Source of the DNA: an uncultured Dictyoglomota bacterium
GTDB lineage: Bacteria > Dictyoglomota > Dictyoglomia > Dictyoglomales > Dictyoglomaceae
NCBI GenBank assembly: GCA_964654465.1
Contig: CAZZIO010000040.1
Coordinates: forward strand, 1 to 64,000
Length of the DNA stretch: 64,000 nucleotides
Direction: 5' to 3'
Each line of letters begins with the position of its first letter. Position 1 is the stretch's first letter. Below the pieces are notes generated by a model, which saw only the letters and a program-made list of their open reading frames with translations, had not been told where the DNA came from and ran no database searches. Both the position numbers and the translations under genes were made by a program. Positions 39,084 to 49,956 of this stretch are shown here, in pieces.

Positions 39084-40337
39084 TCACATATCTTCTACTT
39101 CTAAGGCAATATCTTTCCTATAATACATATTCTCAAAAAAGATATTTTGGATATTTTTATAAACCTTCTCCCTCGCCTCCTTAAAGGATTTACCTAAACC
39201 TACCACATTTAATACTCTTCCACCAGAAGTAACCAATTTACCATTCCTAAAGGAAGTTCCTGCATGAAAAATTATTGTCTCTTTTGTCTCCTTTACACTA
39301 ATTTCTTTACCGACTTCATACCTTTCTGGATATCCTTTAGATGCAAGTACAACACATACAGCTTTTTTTTCGGAATATTCATACTCATTATATGTTTTGA
39401 TATTTTTACCATCTTTAAGATCCAATAAAGAAAAACCAATAATAGGAAGAATAACTTGAGCCTCTGGGTCTCCAAGTCTAACATTAAATTCTAAAACATA
39501 TGGTTCGTTATTAACCAAAATCAATCCTCCATAAAGAAAACCCTCATATTTTAAATTATTCTTTTCAAGTTCAGATAATAATGGCTTAAATATCAATTTT
39601 AAAGATTTCTCTATTAAACTACTATCAATCCATGGTACAGGAGCAAAAGAGCCCATACCTCCAGTATTAGGACCAGTGTTTCCTTCTCCCACTCTTTTAT
39701 AGTCTTGAGCTGGTGGAAGTACATAGATTTCCCCGTCTTTAATAGCTACAATGAGAGAAAATTCTTTACCTTCAAGGAATTTTTCAATCACTACTCTCCT
39801 TCCAGCTTCTCCTAAAATACCTTCCTTTAATAACTTACCCAAGACTTCTACAGCCTCATTTTGAGAGTTAACAATAAAAACACCTTTACCAGCAGCCAAA
39901 CCATCAGCCTTAATTACTAAAGGATAATGCTCCTTTTCCACGAAACTTTTAGCAGATTCAAAATCATCAAATATCTTAAAATCTGCAGTAGGTATTTTTG
40001 CTTTCTCCATAATTTTCTTAGCAAAAGCCTTGCTTGCCTCTAGCATTGCTAGATTTTTAATTGGTCCCCATATACTTAAACCCTCCTCTAAAAATCTATC
40101 TACAATACCCATAGAAAGAGGCATTTCAGGTCCTACAATAGTCCAATCAATTCTATTTTCTTTAGCAAAACTTACAATTTCATTTATATTTTCAGATTTT
40201 ATAGGTACGCATTCCGCAAAACTACTGATACCAGCATTCCCAGGAAGAGCATAAATTTTTTCAACCCTTTTATCTTGGGATAATTTCCAACATATAGCAT
40301 GCTCTCTCCCACCACTTCCAATAACCATCACTTTCAT
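39084..40337 (-). CDS. purD: Phosphoribosylamine--glycine ligase
   Basis: GSGGREHA, KADGLAAGKGV, GPNTGGMG, EFNVRLGDPE. Confidence 0.96.
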   Translation of the reverse strand: MKVMVIGSGGREHAICWKLSQDKRVEKIYALPGNAGISSFAECVPIKSENINEIVSFAKENRIDWTIVGPEMPLSMGIVDRFLEEGLSIWGPIKNLAMLEASKAFAKKIMEKAKIPTADFKIFDDFESAKSFVEKEHYPLVIKADGLAAGKGVFIVNSQNEAVEVLGKLLKEGILGEAGRRVVIEKFLEGKEFSLIVAIKDGEIYVLPPAQDYKRVGEGNTGPNTGGMGSFAPVPWIDSSLIEKSLKLIFKPLLSELEKNNLKYEGFLYGGLILVNNEPYVLEFNVRLGDPEAQVILPIIGFSLLDLKDGKNIKTYNEYEYSEKKAVCVVLASKGYPERYEVGKEISVKETKETIIFHAGTSFRNGKLVTSGGRVLNVVGLGKSFKEAREKVYKNIQNIFFENMYYRKDIALEVEDM

Positions 40338-40963
40338 ATATTCTCAGCCCCCTTCTTCTTAAATACTACTCTTCTTCCTATTATCTTGTATTCTTCGGTT
40401 AGAATTTTTTTGACAGATTCTACTATTAACTTATGTTCTTCCTGCAATATTCTTTCAGCCAAAGTCTCTGGAGTATCATCATCATAGACAGGTACTGCTC
40501 TCTGACCTATTATTGGACCTGAATCTATACCCTCATCCACAAAATGAACAGTACATCCGCTTATTTTCACTCCATATTCCAATGCCTTTTTTTGAGCTTC
40601 CAATCCTGGAAAGGAGGGAAGAAGAGATGGATGGATATTAATAATTTTCCATGGAAAAGCATCAAGAAGGGTTTTACCTATAATCTTCATATATCCCGCC
40701 AATACTACTAAATCTACTTTATATTCAAGAAGAATTTCTCTTATTTTTTCCTCATATTCCCTTTTGGATCTGTAATCTTCTCTTTTTACAACATAAACGG
40801 GAATATTCTCCTTTTTTGCCCTCTCAATAGCATAAGCTTCTCTTTTATTACTAATAACAACTACTACCTTCGCTGGATAATCATCTTTTTTTGAAGCATC
40901 AATAAGAGCTTGTAAGTTTGAACCCCTACCTGAGACTAGAACTCCAAGTCTTTTCTTTTCCAT
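40334..40963 (-). CDS. purN: Phosphoribosylglycinamide formyltransferase
   Basis: SGRGSNLQA, NIHPSLLP, GCTVHFVDEGIDSG. Confidence 0.96.
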   Translation of the reverse strand: MEKKRLGVLVSGRGSNLQALIDASKKDDYPAKVVVVISNKREAYAIERAKKENIPVYVVKREDYRSKREYEEKIREILLEYKVDLVVLAGYMKIIGKTLLDAFPWKIINIHPSLLPSFPGLEAQKKALEYGVKISGCTVHFVDEGIDSGPIIGQRAVPVYDDDTPETLAERILQEEHKLIVESVKKILTEEYKIIGRRVVFKKKGAENI

Positions 40964-42021
40964 TCAATTTTTACGCCACCTTTCCCAGATTTTAATGATC
41001 CTATAATATAGCTCTTTTCTCCCATAGAATCTAAATCTTCCAATATCTTTTCTTCATTATCAGAAACCACAAGAATTAAGCCAATCCCCATATTGAAAAC
41101 TCTAAAAGCCTCCTTTATACTTATATTCCCTTTCTTTATAAAAAATTTAAATATCCATGGAATTTCCCAAGAAGATTCAACAATAGCGGTTAAATTATCT
41201 GGAATAATTCTTGGTAGATTACCCACAATTCCCCCACCCGTTATATGAGCAATGCCAAGAATATTTTCTCGATATCTCTCTAAGAGAGGCAAAATTTTAG
41301 GGGAATATATTTTCGTCGGTCTTAATAACTCCTCTAACAGATTATGTCCGTCTATATCTTTCTTCAAAGATATTTTCTTCTTTCTCAAAATATACCTTAT
41401 TAAAGAATAACCATTACTATGAAATCCGGAAGATGTGACCCCAATTAAAATATTACCATCCTTCATTTTATCTTTTTTAGGAAGCAAATTATCTTTTTCT
41501 ACAATTCCAAGTACAAAACCTACCAAATCAATCTCCTTACCCCTATATATACCCGGCATTTCAGCAGTTTCTCCACCAACCAAACTACAATTTGCTTCCT
41601 TGCAAGCTAAAGAAATACTCTTCAAAATTTCTTTATAGACATCTGGATCAATTTTTGATCCACCAAAATAATCTAAAAAGGCTAAAGGCTTACCGCCAGA
41701 GGTTAGAATATCATTAACATTCATAGCTACTAAATCAAAACCTATACCTGAAAACTTACGATATTTAACTGCAAGACTCAACTTAGTTCCCACTCCGTCA
41801 GTACTAAGTAAGAATAAAGGATTCTTAAATAGCTTAAAATCCAATTCTAAAATACTGGAAAAACCGTTCCAATAAGGTAATACATATGCCTGATGGGTAG
41901 ATTCAATATCCTTTCTAACCTCTTGTAATGCTCTTTCTACCTTAGAAATATTAACACCACTTAGACTATAAGTAATTTTTTTTCTTTTTTTACTATTTTT
42001 CTTCCAAAACATTCTCCACAA
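40936..42021 (-). CDS. purM: AIR synthetase
   Basis: TDGVGTK, GGETAEMPG, SSGFHSNGYSL, HITGGG, FNMGIG; exact start uncertain. Confidence 0.94.
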   Translation of the reverse strand: MWRMFWKKNSKKRKKITYSLSGVNISKVERALQEVRKDIESTHQAYVLPYWNGFSSILELDFKLFKNPLFLLSTDGVGTKLSLAVKYRKFSGIGFDLVAMNVNDILTSGGKPLAFLDYFGGSKIDPDVYKEILKSISLACKEANCSLVGGETAEMPGIYRGKEIDLVGFVLGIVEKDNLLPKKDKMKDGNILIGVTSSGFHSNGYSLIRYILRKKKISLKKDIDGHNLLEELLRPTKIYSPKILPLLERYRENILGIAHITGGGIVGNLPRIIPDNLTAIVESSWEIPWIFKFFIKKGNISIKEAFRVFNMGIGLILVVSDNEEKILEDLDSMGEKSYIIGSLKSGKGGVKIEWKRKDLEF

Positions 42022-43352
42022 TAACCCCTTTCTGGAAGTATACTAACTAAACCCTCCATACTTAAAAAAGCAACAGAATCAAAACCTAAAAGTCTGGCAA
42101 TCTCCTCAGGAGAGTAATGATAACTTATTAATTCTTTTGTATTAGGTATATCTACTCCATAATGGCAAGGAGAAATAAGGGGAGGTGAAGAAAGTCTAAG
42201 GTGTACTTCTTTAGCACCTTCTTCCCTAAATTTCTCAGCAAGGATTTTGGCAGTAGTACCTCTCACCAAAGAATCATCTACCAATACTATTTTTTTTCCT
42301 TTAATTAAATCGCTAACAAATAAAAATTTCATTCTTACTGACAATTCTCTTTCCTTTTGCCTTGGCTGTATAAATGTTCTGCCTACATAATGACTTCTCA
42401 TGAGAAGCATCTGTAGAGGTATACCTGACTCCTCACTATACCCAATAGCAGCAGGAATACCTGAATCAGGAACAGGAACAACCCAATCTGCAGATACAGG
42501 AACTTCTTTTGCTAATATTCTTCCCATTTGTTTTCTATAATAATAAACCGTCCTATCATCATAAAGACTATCTGGCCTCGAAAAATATATAAATTCAAAC
42601 AAGCAAAATCTGGAGGGTCTATCTTGAAATGATCTATAATTAAAAACATTTCCATCTTTACTGAAAAAAACCCATTCACCAGGATTCAATTCTTTAATTT
42701 CTATTATAGGTAAATCTTTTAAAGCTGATGTCTCAGATGCAAAAATAACTCCTCCATCTTGGAGCCTTCCCATAAAAAGTGGTCTAAATCCTGATGGATC
42801 TCTGATTGCATAAACACCTTCGTAGGTTCCAACTATTAGAGAGTAACTTCCTTCAACTTGATTAAGAGCCTCTTCAAGCCTTTCTTGTAAACTTTGCTTT
42901 TTTGATTTAGCTGTTAAATGTAATATAACTTCAGTATCTGAATCACTTTGAAATATTATCCCTTCTTTTTCCAAGTTTCTTCTTAAAGAATTAGCATTAG
43001 ATATATGACCATTATGGGCAAGAGCCATATAACCATACCTAGGAAGATTCACTACAAAGGGCTGAATACTTTGAGGTGATTTCTTACCAGAAGTAGAATA
43101 TCTAACATGTCCAACAGCAATTTTTCCCTTTAAGTTTTTAAGAGATAATTCATCAAAAACTTGAGAAACAAGACCAAAATTCTTATGAACATGATATCCT
43201 TCACTGGAAAAAGTTACAATTCCCGCGCTTTCTTGGCCTCTATGTTGTAATTTTAACAATCCTCTATAAGCCAAAAAACTTGCATATCTTTCACTAAAAA
43301 CTATAACTCCTATAACCCCACATTCTTCTTTTAAGGTCATTTGACCTTTCAC
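41961..43352 (-). CDS. purF: Amidophosphoribosyltransferase (propeptide, Fe-S type)
   Basis: EECG processing site, QHRGQE, VDDSLVRGTT; Cys in FCLFE, PCHYG, YCGEC. Confidence 0.96.
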   Translation of the reverse strand: MKGQMTLKEECGVIGVIVFSERYASFLAYRGLLKLQHRGQESAGIVTFSSEGYHVHKNFGLVSQVFDELSLKNLKGKIAVGHVRYSTSGKKSPQSIQPFVVNLPRYGYMALAHNGHISNANSLRRNLEKEGIIFQSDSDTEVILHLTAKSKKQSLQERLEEALNQVEGSYSLIVGTYEGVYAIRDPSGFRPLFMGRLQDGGVIFASETSALKDLPIIEIKELNPGEWVFFSKDGNVFNYRSFQDRPSRFCLFEFIYFSRPDSLYDDRTVYYYRKQMGRILAKEVPVSADWVVPVPDSGIPAAIGYSEESGIPLQMLLMRSHYVGRTFIQPRQKERELSVRMKFLFVSDLIKGKKIVLVDDSLVRGTTAKILAEKFREEGAKEVHLRLSSPPLISPCHYGVDIPNTKELISYHYSPEEIARLLGFDSVAFLSMEGLVSILPERGYCGECFGRKIVKKEKKLLIV

Positions 43353-43358
43353 CTTCTT

Positions 43359-45479
43359 TCAGAAAAGGGTCTTTATGTCTAATTCAAGAAAAGGTCTAAC
43401 TATAAATTTATCTGGAATTACTTTACCTATTTTTTGTACATTTAAGTTATATTTCTCTGCATATTTTAAAAACATAGTTTCTTTTTCTCTTGATACCTCC
43501 GCAATTAAAATAGAACCTTCACCAAAAAGCATTTCAGCTTTATCTTCTCTTGGGAGATTTACATACAATCCTTTATTTCCCCATATCGATAGTTCTAACA
43601 AAGAAGCCAACATTCCCCCCTCACTTACATCATGTAAAGAAAGAATAATTTTTTCCAACCTTATTTCCTCTAAAAAATATTTTAATTTTCTATCCCAAAT
43701 TAAATCTACATATGGGGGCTCACCTTCTATAACCCCATAAAGATCTTTCATAAATCTTGATCCATCTAAAGTTAATCTTGAAAAATCACCTATCACATAT
43801 ATAGGATTTTCATATTCTTTTAATCCCGGTGTTATTAAATATGAAAGATCCTCAATAATTCCAACCATACCAATAATAGGAGTAGGGAAAATTTTGTTAT
43901 CACCTTGACCATTATAAAAACTAACATTTCCACTTACTATAGGTATTTCCAATATTCTTGATGCCAAATTAATACCCTTTACTACTTCTTTAAATTGATA
44001 GAAAACATCCGGTTCATCGGGATCCCCAAAATTCAATCCATCAGTTATAGCTAATGGTTTGCCACCAACACAAAGAATGTTTCTACAGGCCTCTGCTACA
44101 GCATACATAGCCCCTTGTTTAGGATTCAAATAACAATATCTACCATTCCCATCTGTAACAATAGCAATACCCTTATTTGTATTTTTAATTCTCAAAACAG
44201 CAGCATCACCAAATCCAGGTGGTAAAACTGTATTTGTTTGCACGGAATAATCATACTGGGTATAGATTTTTTCCTTAGTTTTTATATCTTGAATTAAAAT
44301 CTCTATATATTTTTCCACATCTTCATTGGTGACTGTTACTACGTTTTCTTTCCTTTCCTTCTTGGGCCCCATTGATGGTGGATCAAATATAAGAGAACCA
44401 TCCACTAAAAGCTCAGTAGGTAGATCAACAACCTTTACTCCATTAAAATAAGCTATAAATCTTTCTTCTTTAATTACCTCTCCTATAACTTCTGCTTCAA
44501 GATCCCATTTTTTAAACACTTCAATAATATCCTTTACTTTATCTGGTCTAACTACAAAAAGCATTCTCTCTTGAGATTCCGATAACAATATTTCTTCTGG
44601 TGTCATATTTTCCTCTCTTTGAGGAACTTTATCAAGATAAACTTTTACTCCACTTCTTCCTCTACGTGCAGACTCTGATAAGGCACTCACAAGACCTGCA
44701 GCACCTAAATCTTGAATACCTATAACACCATCCTTAGCTGCAGCCTCTAAAGTTGCCTCAATAAGAAGCTTACCCAAGAAGGGATCCCCTACTTGAACTG
44801 ATGGTTTCTTTTTGTGAGTTTCATCATCAAGCTTCTCTGAAGCAAAACTTGCTCCTTGAAGACCATCCCTACCCGTTCTTGCGCCAACAAGTACTAGAAG
44901 ATTACCTTCACCTTCAGCTTTTCCTCGATAAGATTTTTGATTTGGAGATAATAATCCTAAACACATAACATTTACTAAGGGATTTGATGAATAACATTCA
45001 TCAAATACTATCTCTCCTCCCACAACAGGTACTCCAATACAATTACCATAAAAACTTATACCACTTACTACTCCCTCAAAAAGATACTTATTTTTTGGTT
45101 TATCAATTGAACCAAATCTTAATGAATCAAGTAGAGCAATAGGCCTTGCTCCAAGAGCCAATATATCCCTTACAATTCCTCCAACTCCTGTAGCAGCTCC
45201 TTGAAATGGTTCAACTGCTGAAGGATGATTATGGCTTTCTATCTTGAACACTATTTTATATCCATCTCCTAGATCTACAATTCCTGCATTCTCGCCTGGA
45301 CCTTGTTCTACCCACTCTGCTTTTGAATAAAAATCCTTTAGATATTTCCTTGAGTGTTTATAACTACAATGTTCAGACCATATTACAGATATAACAGACC
45401 ATTCTATATCATTTGGCTCTCTACCAAGCAATTCTCTTGCATGTTTTATTTCTTCTTCCTTAAGCCCAAAAATTCCCAT
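43359..45479 (-). CDS. purL: FGAM synthase large subunit (small-type PurL)
   Basis: WSEHCSYK, ESHNHPS, DLGAAGL, SESQERM. Confidence 0.96.
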   Translation of the reverse strand: MGIFGLKEEEIKHARELLGREPNDIEWSVISVIWSEHCSYKHSRKYLKDFYSKAEWVEQGPGENAGIVDLGDGYKIVFKIESHNHPSAVEPFQGAATGVGGIVRDILALGARPIALLDSLRFGSIDKPKNKYLFEGVVSGISFYGNCIGVPVVGGEIVFDECYSSNPLVNVMCLGLLSPNQKSYRGKAEGEGNLLVLVGARTGRDGLQGASFASEKLDDETHKKKPSVQVGDPFLGKLLIEATLEAAAKDGVIGIQDLGAAGLVSALSESARRGRSGVKVYLDKVPQREENMTPEEILLSESQERMLFVVRPDKVKDIIEVFKKWDLEAEVIGEVIKEERFIAYFNGVKVVDLPTELLVDGSLIFDPPSMGPKKERKENVVTVTNEDVEKYIEILIQDIKTKEKIYTQYDYSVQTNTVLPPGFGDAAVLRIKNTNKGIAIVTDGNGRYCYLNPKQGAMYAVAEACRNILCVGGKPLAITDGLNFGDPDEPDVFYQFKEVVKGINLASRILEIPIVSGNVSFYNGQGDNKIFPTPIIGMVGIIEDLSYLITPGLKEYENPIYVIGDFSRLTLDGSRFMKDLYGVIEGEPPYVDLIWDRKLKYFLEEIRLEKIILSLHDVSEGGMLASLLELSIWGNKGLYVNLPREDKAEMLFGEGSILIAEVSREKETMFLKYAEKYNLNVQKIGKVIPDKFIVRPFLELDIKTLF

Positions 45480-45491
45480 GATTACACCCCT

Positions 45492-46145
45492 TTATTTTAG
45501 AAATGATAAGAACAGATTAATCCCATCAGAGCTTCCCAAAATATCTTCTACTGCTCTTTCAGGATGAGGCATCATACCCATTACATTACCCTTTTTATTA
45601 ATAATTCCAGCAATATTATCAATTGAACCATTTGGATTTTCATATTCATATTTAAGTACTATTTGATTGTTCTCCTTCAGATCTTCTAATCCCTTTTCTG
45701 ATATATAATATCTACCTTCTTTATGGGCTATAGGTATCTTAATAACCTGATTAACTAAATACCTATTCAAGAAGATATTTTGATTATTCAATACTCTTAT
45801 AAAAACAGGTTTACATATAAAAGTATTGGTAACATTTGGTAACATAGCTCCAGGTAAAAGACCTGCCTCTAAAAGTATCTGGAACCCATTACATATACCT
45901 AGCACATATCCACCTTTATTTGCAAAATCTATTACCTCATTCATGATAGGAGAAAATCTTGCAATAGAACCAGCTCTCAAATAGTCTCCATAAGAAAATC
46001 CTCCAGGGAGTATTACCATATCCACCTCTTGAAGATCATGATCTTTGTGCCAGAGAAAAACTGGGTCATGTCCTGTAATCTTTAAAGCATAAAAGGTATC
46101 CATATCACAATTTGTGCCTGGAAATACCACTACTCCTACCCTCAT
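45492..46145 (-). CDS. purQ: FGAM synthase glutaminase subunit
   Basis: [31 protein letters not shown]. Confidence 0.96.
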   Translation of the reverse strand: MRVGVVVFPGTNCDMDTFYALKITGHDPVFLWHKDHDLQEVDMVILPGGFSYGDYLRAGSIARFSPIMNEVIDFANKGGYVLGICNGFQILLEAGLLPGAMLPNVTNTFICKPVFIRVLNNQNIFLNRYLVNQVIKIPIAHKEGRYYISEKGLEDLKENNQIVLKYEYENPNGSIDNIAGIINKKGNVMGMMPHPERAVEDILGSSDGINLFLSFLK

Positions 46146-46396
46146 TCTCTTTCCACCCTTATTGAAAAATCTTCTGTAACTGGATTAACAAGTACAATTT
46201 CACTCATTTTTCTAACTTTTTCCATCACTTCCTCTTCAGAATTCCCCATCAGTTTAATTTTAAGGACCTTTCCAACCCTCACATCTTTTACTTCTTCAAA
46301 GTCTAAGGAATGAAGAGCATTTCTAATAGTTTTACCTTGAGGATCAAAGATCCCCTCTTTTAAAAAGATCTCTAATATCACTGTCCATTCTTTCAC
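46142..46396 (-). CDS. purS: FGAM synthase PurS subunit
   Basis: DPQG, VRVGK, LVNPVTE. Confidence 0.93.
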   Translation of the reverse strand: MKEWTVILEIFLKEGIFDPQGKTIRNALHSLDFEEVKDVRVGKVLKIKLMGNSEEEVMEKVRKMSEIVLVNPVTEDFSIRVERE

Positions 46397-47700
46397 TTTA
46401 ATTCCTCCTTAACTCCAGATCTCTGAAATATAAAATCTATATTTTTAAGGAATACTTGCGGAGAAAAACAACTTTCTATCTCTTCCTTAGAAAGTTTTTC
46501 TGTAACTCTCTTATCTTCTAAAACTACCTCTAAAAAATCTCTTTTTTCATTGATAGCCTTAAATGCATCCTCTTGAATCCATGAATAAGCAATATCCCTT
46601 AAAACCCCTTTTTGGGTAAGAGCTAATAATAAGTTTTGAGAATAAAATATTCTATAATTAGTATTCATGTTCTCTAGAATATTCTCTTCATTAACTTTTA
46701 AATCTTTAACTATCTCATAAGTTAGATTAAGTATATAATCAGTGAGGGTAGTAGCATCTGGAAATATTACTCTTTCTACAGAAGAATGACTAATATCTCT
46801 CTCATGCCATAAAGGAATGTTTTCAAAAGCAGAATTCATATATGACCTTATTACTCTTGACAGTCCACAAATTCTTTCAGAAAGAATAGGATTTCTTTTA
46901 TGAGGCATAGCTGACGATCCCTTTTGCCTCTCCCTAAAAGGTTCTTCCAATTCTCCTACTTCCGTTCTTTGGAGATGTCTAATTTCAAGAGCAATTCGTT
47001 CACAAGACGAAGCTATCATTCCTAAAACATAAATTACTTCTGCATGTCTATCTCTTGGAATAATTTGTGTAGCAACTGGTTCAGGTTCTAATCCTAAAAT
47101 CTTACATGCCAATTCTTCTACTTCAGGTGACAAATGACTTAATGTACCAACAACACCTGAAAATTTTCCATATCTTATGTTTTCTCTTGCCTTTCTCAAC
47201 CTCTCTAAATTTCTTTTAAGTTCTGACCACCATCCCAAAAACTTAAAACCTAAGGTGATTGGTTCTGCATGCATTCCATGAGTTCTTCCCATCATAGGCA
47301 AATCTTTGTATTGAATTGCTTTTTTTGCTATTTCATCTAACAATTTTAAGAGATCTGATTCTATATAATTAAGAGCTTCTAAAATTTGTAAAGAAAAAGC
47401 AGTATCCATAACATCTGATGATGTAAGTCCTTGATGGATGTATTCAGATCCTTCTCCTACATATTGAGCCACATTAGTTAAAAATGCTATCATCTCATGA
47501 TTATTAATCTTTTCTATCTCCTTAATTTCTTCGACTTTAAATCTTGCTTTCTTTTTTATTTTTTCAAATGCTTCACTTGGGATCTCTCCTAATTTAGCTC
47601 TTGCTTCTAATACTGCCTCTTCTACCTTCCACCAAAGAGAATATCTTTTCTCATCAGACCAAACTTCTCTTAATTCCTTTCTACTATATCTTTCTAACAC
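46393..47700 (-). CDS. purB: Adenylosuccinate lyase
   Basis: TSSD, GRTHG, GSSAMPHKRNP, ERDISHS; start reset to GTG 47700 after AAGGAGGT. Confidence 0.96.
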   Translation of the reverse strand: MLERYSRKELREVWSDEKRYSLWWKVEEAVLEARAKLGEIPSEAFEKIKKKARFKVEEIKEIEKINNHEMIAFLTNVAQYVGEGSEYIHQGLTSSDVMDTAFSLQILEALNYIESDLLKLLDEIAKKAIQYKDLPMMGRTHGMHAEPITLGFKFLGWWSELKRNLERLRKARENIRYGKFSGVVGTLSHLSPEVEELACKILGLEPEPVATQIIPRDRHAEVIYVLGMIASSCERIALEIRHLQRTEVGELEEPFRERQKGSSAMPHKRNPILSERICGLSRVIRSYMNSAFENIPLWHERDISHSSVERVIFPDATTLTDYILNLTYEIVKDLKVNEENILENMNTNYRIFYSQNLLLALTQKGVLRDIAYSWIQEDAFKAINEKRDFLEVVLEDKRVTEKLSKEEIESCFSPQVFLKNIDFIFQRSGVKEELK

Positions 47701-47716
47701 TTTTTTTACCTCCTTT

Positions 47717-47778
47717 AAAAGCAAAAAGCCCAAGCTCATAGGTTCTCCTTACGAGGGAACCTACCCGCCTGGGCTTTT
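47717..47778 (-). terminator. Riboswitch expression-platform terminator
   Basis: AAAAGCCCAGGC...GCTTGGGCTTTT outer stem enclosing TAGGTTC/GAACCTA, then TTTTTGCTTTT. Confidence 0.8.
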
Positions 47779-47857
47779 ATCCCTTCGGTGTAGCAAGATC
47801 AACAATCTTGCCAGCTCCGCTTGGATCTTTAGACCCTAAGGAGCTCTTCCGCTCGTA
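47750..47857 (-). ncRNA. ykkC-type riboswitch aptamer, PRPP-sensing subtype likely
   Basis: TAGGGT in P1, P2 GGCAAGAT/ATCTTGCT, and the hallmark ACACCG..GGGATAAAAGCCCAGGCGG; sits upstream of pur genes. Confidence 0.85.
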
Positions 47858-47920
47858 GTCAGGCAATTTACGGTTGCCTGGTAGAAACTCCCGAGCCATA
47901 TTCTCGGGATTATACGAAGC
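47851..47920 (-). ncRNA. Purine (guanine-sensing) riboswitch aptamer
   Basis: TCGTATAA-TCCCGAG-AATATGG-CTCGGGA-GTTTCTAC-CAGGCAA-CCGTAAA-TTGCCTG-ACTACGA; specificity base is C. Confidence 0.93.
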
Positions 47921-47928
47921 TTAAGTAG

Positions 47929-49229
<1,301 letters not shown>

Positions 49230-49368
49230 CTAATTTAGATTTGTTTTTATTTTATTAAGGTTATTATAACACTTATTCTTAATAAAAACTTTAAATTTTC
49301 TTTTAAAAGAAGCCACTTTAATATAGAATATAATTAGAAAATAAAAATATTAAGCAAGGAGGCGAAAA

Positions 49369-49956
49369 ATGGAGTACTTGGCACCCAGCTGGGAAGAAAT
49401 TTATAATCTATGTCTTGATCTTGCAGATGAGATTAATAAGAATAAGTTTAATCCTGAAGTTATAGTTGGGATTGCACGAGGAGGATGGATTCCTGCAAGA
49501 ATACTATCTGATCTTCTTGGAAACTCTTATACAGCTAATCTTAAAATTGATTTTTATAGAGGGGTTGGAGAAACTAAAGAAAGACCAATTATAACTCAAA
49601 CTATCTCAACAATTGTTGAAGGGAAAAAAGTATTAATAGCTGACGATGTGGCAGATAGTGGAAAAAGCTTAAAGGTTGCTAAAGAACACTTAGAACAATG
49701 TGGGGCAACTCAAGTAAAAATTGCTACCATATATTACAAACCCTGGTCTATCATTAAACCCGATTTTTACATAAAAGAAACAGAAGCATGGATAATCTTC
49801 CCTTGGGAAAGAAAAGAATTTGTATCTAAAATGATAGAAAGCTTAAGAGCGAAAGGACTTAGACATGATGAAATAATGAAAGAAATAGAAAAAAGTGGAA
49901 TTCCTAAGGATCTAATATTAAGATTTGTAAATGATTTAATAGGAGAAGACTCATGA
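49369..49956 (+). CDS. Type I phosphoribosyltransferase (purine-salvage-like)
   Basis: IARGG, PRPP loop VLIADDVADSGKS, WIIFPWE. Confidence 0.85.
   Translation: MEYLAPSWEEIYNLCLDLADEINKNKFNPEVIVGIARGGWIPARILSDLLGNSYTANLKIDFYRGVGETKERPIITQTISTIVEGKKVLIADDVADSGKSLKVAKEHLEQCGATQVKIATIYYKPWSIIKPDFYIKETEAWIIFPWERKEFVSKMIESLRAKGLRHDEIMKEIEKSGIPKDLILRFVNDLIGEDS

Noticed and set aside
47701-47739. purB start at ATG 47739
   Set aside because: It lies inside the riboswitch terminator; the strong RBS AAGGAGGT points to GTG 47700
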